Positions 63,816 through 64,000 of a stretch of 64,000 nucleotides of DNA are shown piece after piece. Under the pieces are notes generated by a model. The model worked only from the letters and a program-made list of their open reading frames with translations, had not been told where the DNA came from and searched no databases. The stretch is from assembly GCA_036555445.1 (NCBI GenBank), contig DATBLH010000022.1:11226-75225 (forward strand). Direction: 5' to 3'. This DNA is from Candidatus Limnocylindrales bacterium (GTDB lineage: Bacteria; Chloroflexota; Limnocylindria; Limnocylindrales; CSP1-4). The stretch's first letter is position 1. The number at the start of each line of letters is the position of its first letter. A program made the translations under genes and the position numbers.

Positions 63816-64000
63816 GGTTGGTCCTCCTCATGCCCGTTGGCACTCGATGCGAGGACCAGCGCCTCGCCCGGTGCCCAGTGCAGCGCGACCTCGCTTCCGA
63901 CCGGGAATCGGGTACCGGCCCTGGGGGTTCGGGCAACCAGGTCGAGGCCACCGGTCGTTCGGACGTGGTATTCGATCGTGGTCCCGAGAAACGCGAGCTG
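63812..64000 (-). CDS. ABC transporter ATP-binding protein, C-terminal (TOBE-like) fragment; 5' part outside the window
   Basis: My own translation of the minus strand gives QLAFLGTTIEYHVRTTGGLDLVARTPRAGTRFPVGSEVALHWAPGEALVLASSANGHEEDQP*. This is PotA-type C-terminal domain topology. The TGA overlaps the next ATG. Confidence 0.7.
   Translation of the reverse strand, partial: QLAFLGTTIEYHVRTTGGLDLVARTPRAGTRFPVGSEVALHWAPGEALVLASSANGHEEDQP

Overview
Very GC-rich sequence with strong GC3 bias. That bias produces many long spurious antisense or out-of-frame ORFs in the six-frame track. The window is a densely packed chromosomal housekeeping and metabolic segment from a high-GC bacterium, Actinomycetota- or Chloroflexota-like; this cannot be resolved without a database search. 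I support about 60 protein genes and one tRNA-Gly(CCC). I saw no rRNA, CRISPR array, transposase, integrase, phage gene or recognisable defence module. Many gene junctions are 4-nt ATGA/GTGA overlaps, which indicates operons. Blocks in order: (1) leuB (3' end), cimA, a stand-alone LeuA-regulatory-domain protein, and pheA. (2) A c-di-GMP neighbourhood: XRE regulator, two micro-ORFs, a candidate c-di-GMP-I riboswitch, a DUF5317 membrane protein, and a divergent membrane GAF-GGDEF-EAL protein. (3) mscL, DUF4332, a DUF853/HerA-like ATPase, an orphan ParA, and PPK2. (4) Leu/Val dehydrogenase, aldehyde dehydrogenase, acyl-CoA dehydrogenase, ADP-forming acyl-CoA synthetase and an AlsS-like ThDP enzyme, followed by a macrodomain protein. 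(5) Two Pro-rich membrane proteins, an MBL-fold hydrolase, a membrane protein, a fused MoaD-MoaE, an M55 peptidase, an orphan lysine-5,6-aminomutase-alpha-like protein, and an epimerase. (6) hoxEFUYH-hoxW-hypA (NAD-linked bidirectional [NiFe] hydrogenase), with divergent hypC, an EamA transporter and a conserved hypothetical. (7) tRNA-Gly, lipB, a GalT-like gene, and an ECF sigma/anti-sigma pair. (8) A pyr operon (PyrR site, leader ORF, pyrR-pyrB-pyrC, then four non-pyr genes, then pyrK-pyrD-pyrE). (9) Lipoproteins and a fused ctaA-ctaB. (10) A 470-bp repeat-rich non-coding spacer. (11) An SRPBCC protein and a beta-CASP RNase. (12) A Rieske oxygenase plus two tandem GcvT/DmdA-like genes, convergent with a PotADBC-type ABC importer. 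The best leads are the unannotated GEMM-I-like riboswitch at 4494-4589 (minus strand), the PyrR-site/leader-ORF arrangement, the ctaA-ctaB fusion, a possible BCKDH-independent branched-chain amino-acid route, the Rieske plus double-GcvT demethylation cluster, and the repeat-rich spacer at 54343-54810. All family assignments come from motif recognition by eye and need HMM or BLAST confirmation.
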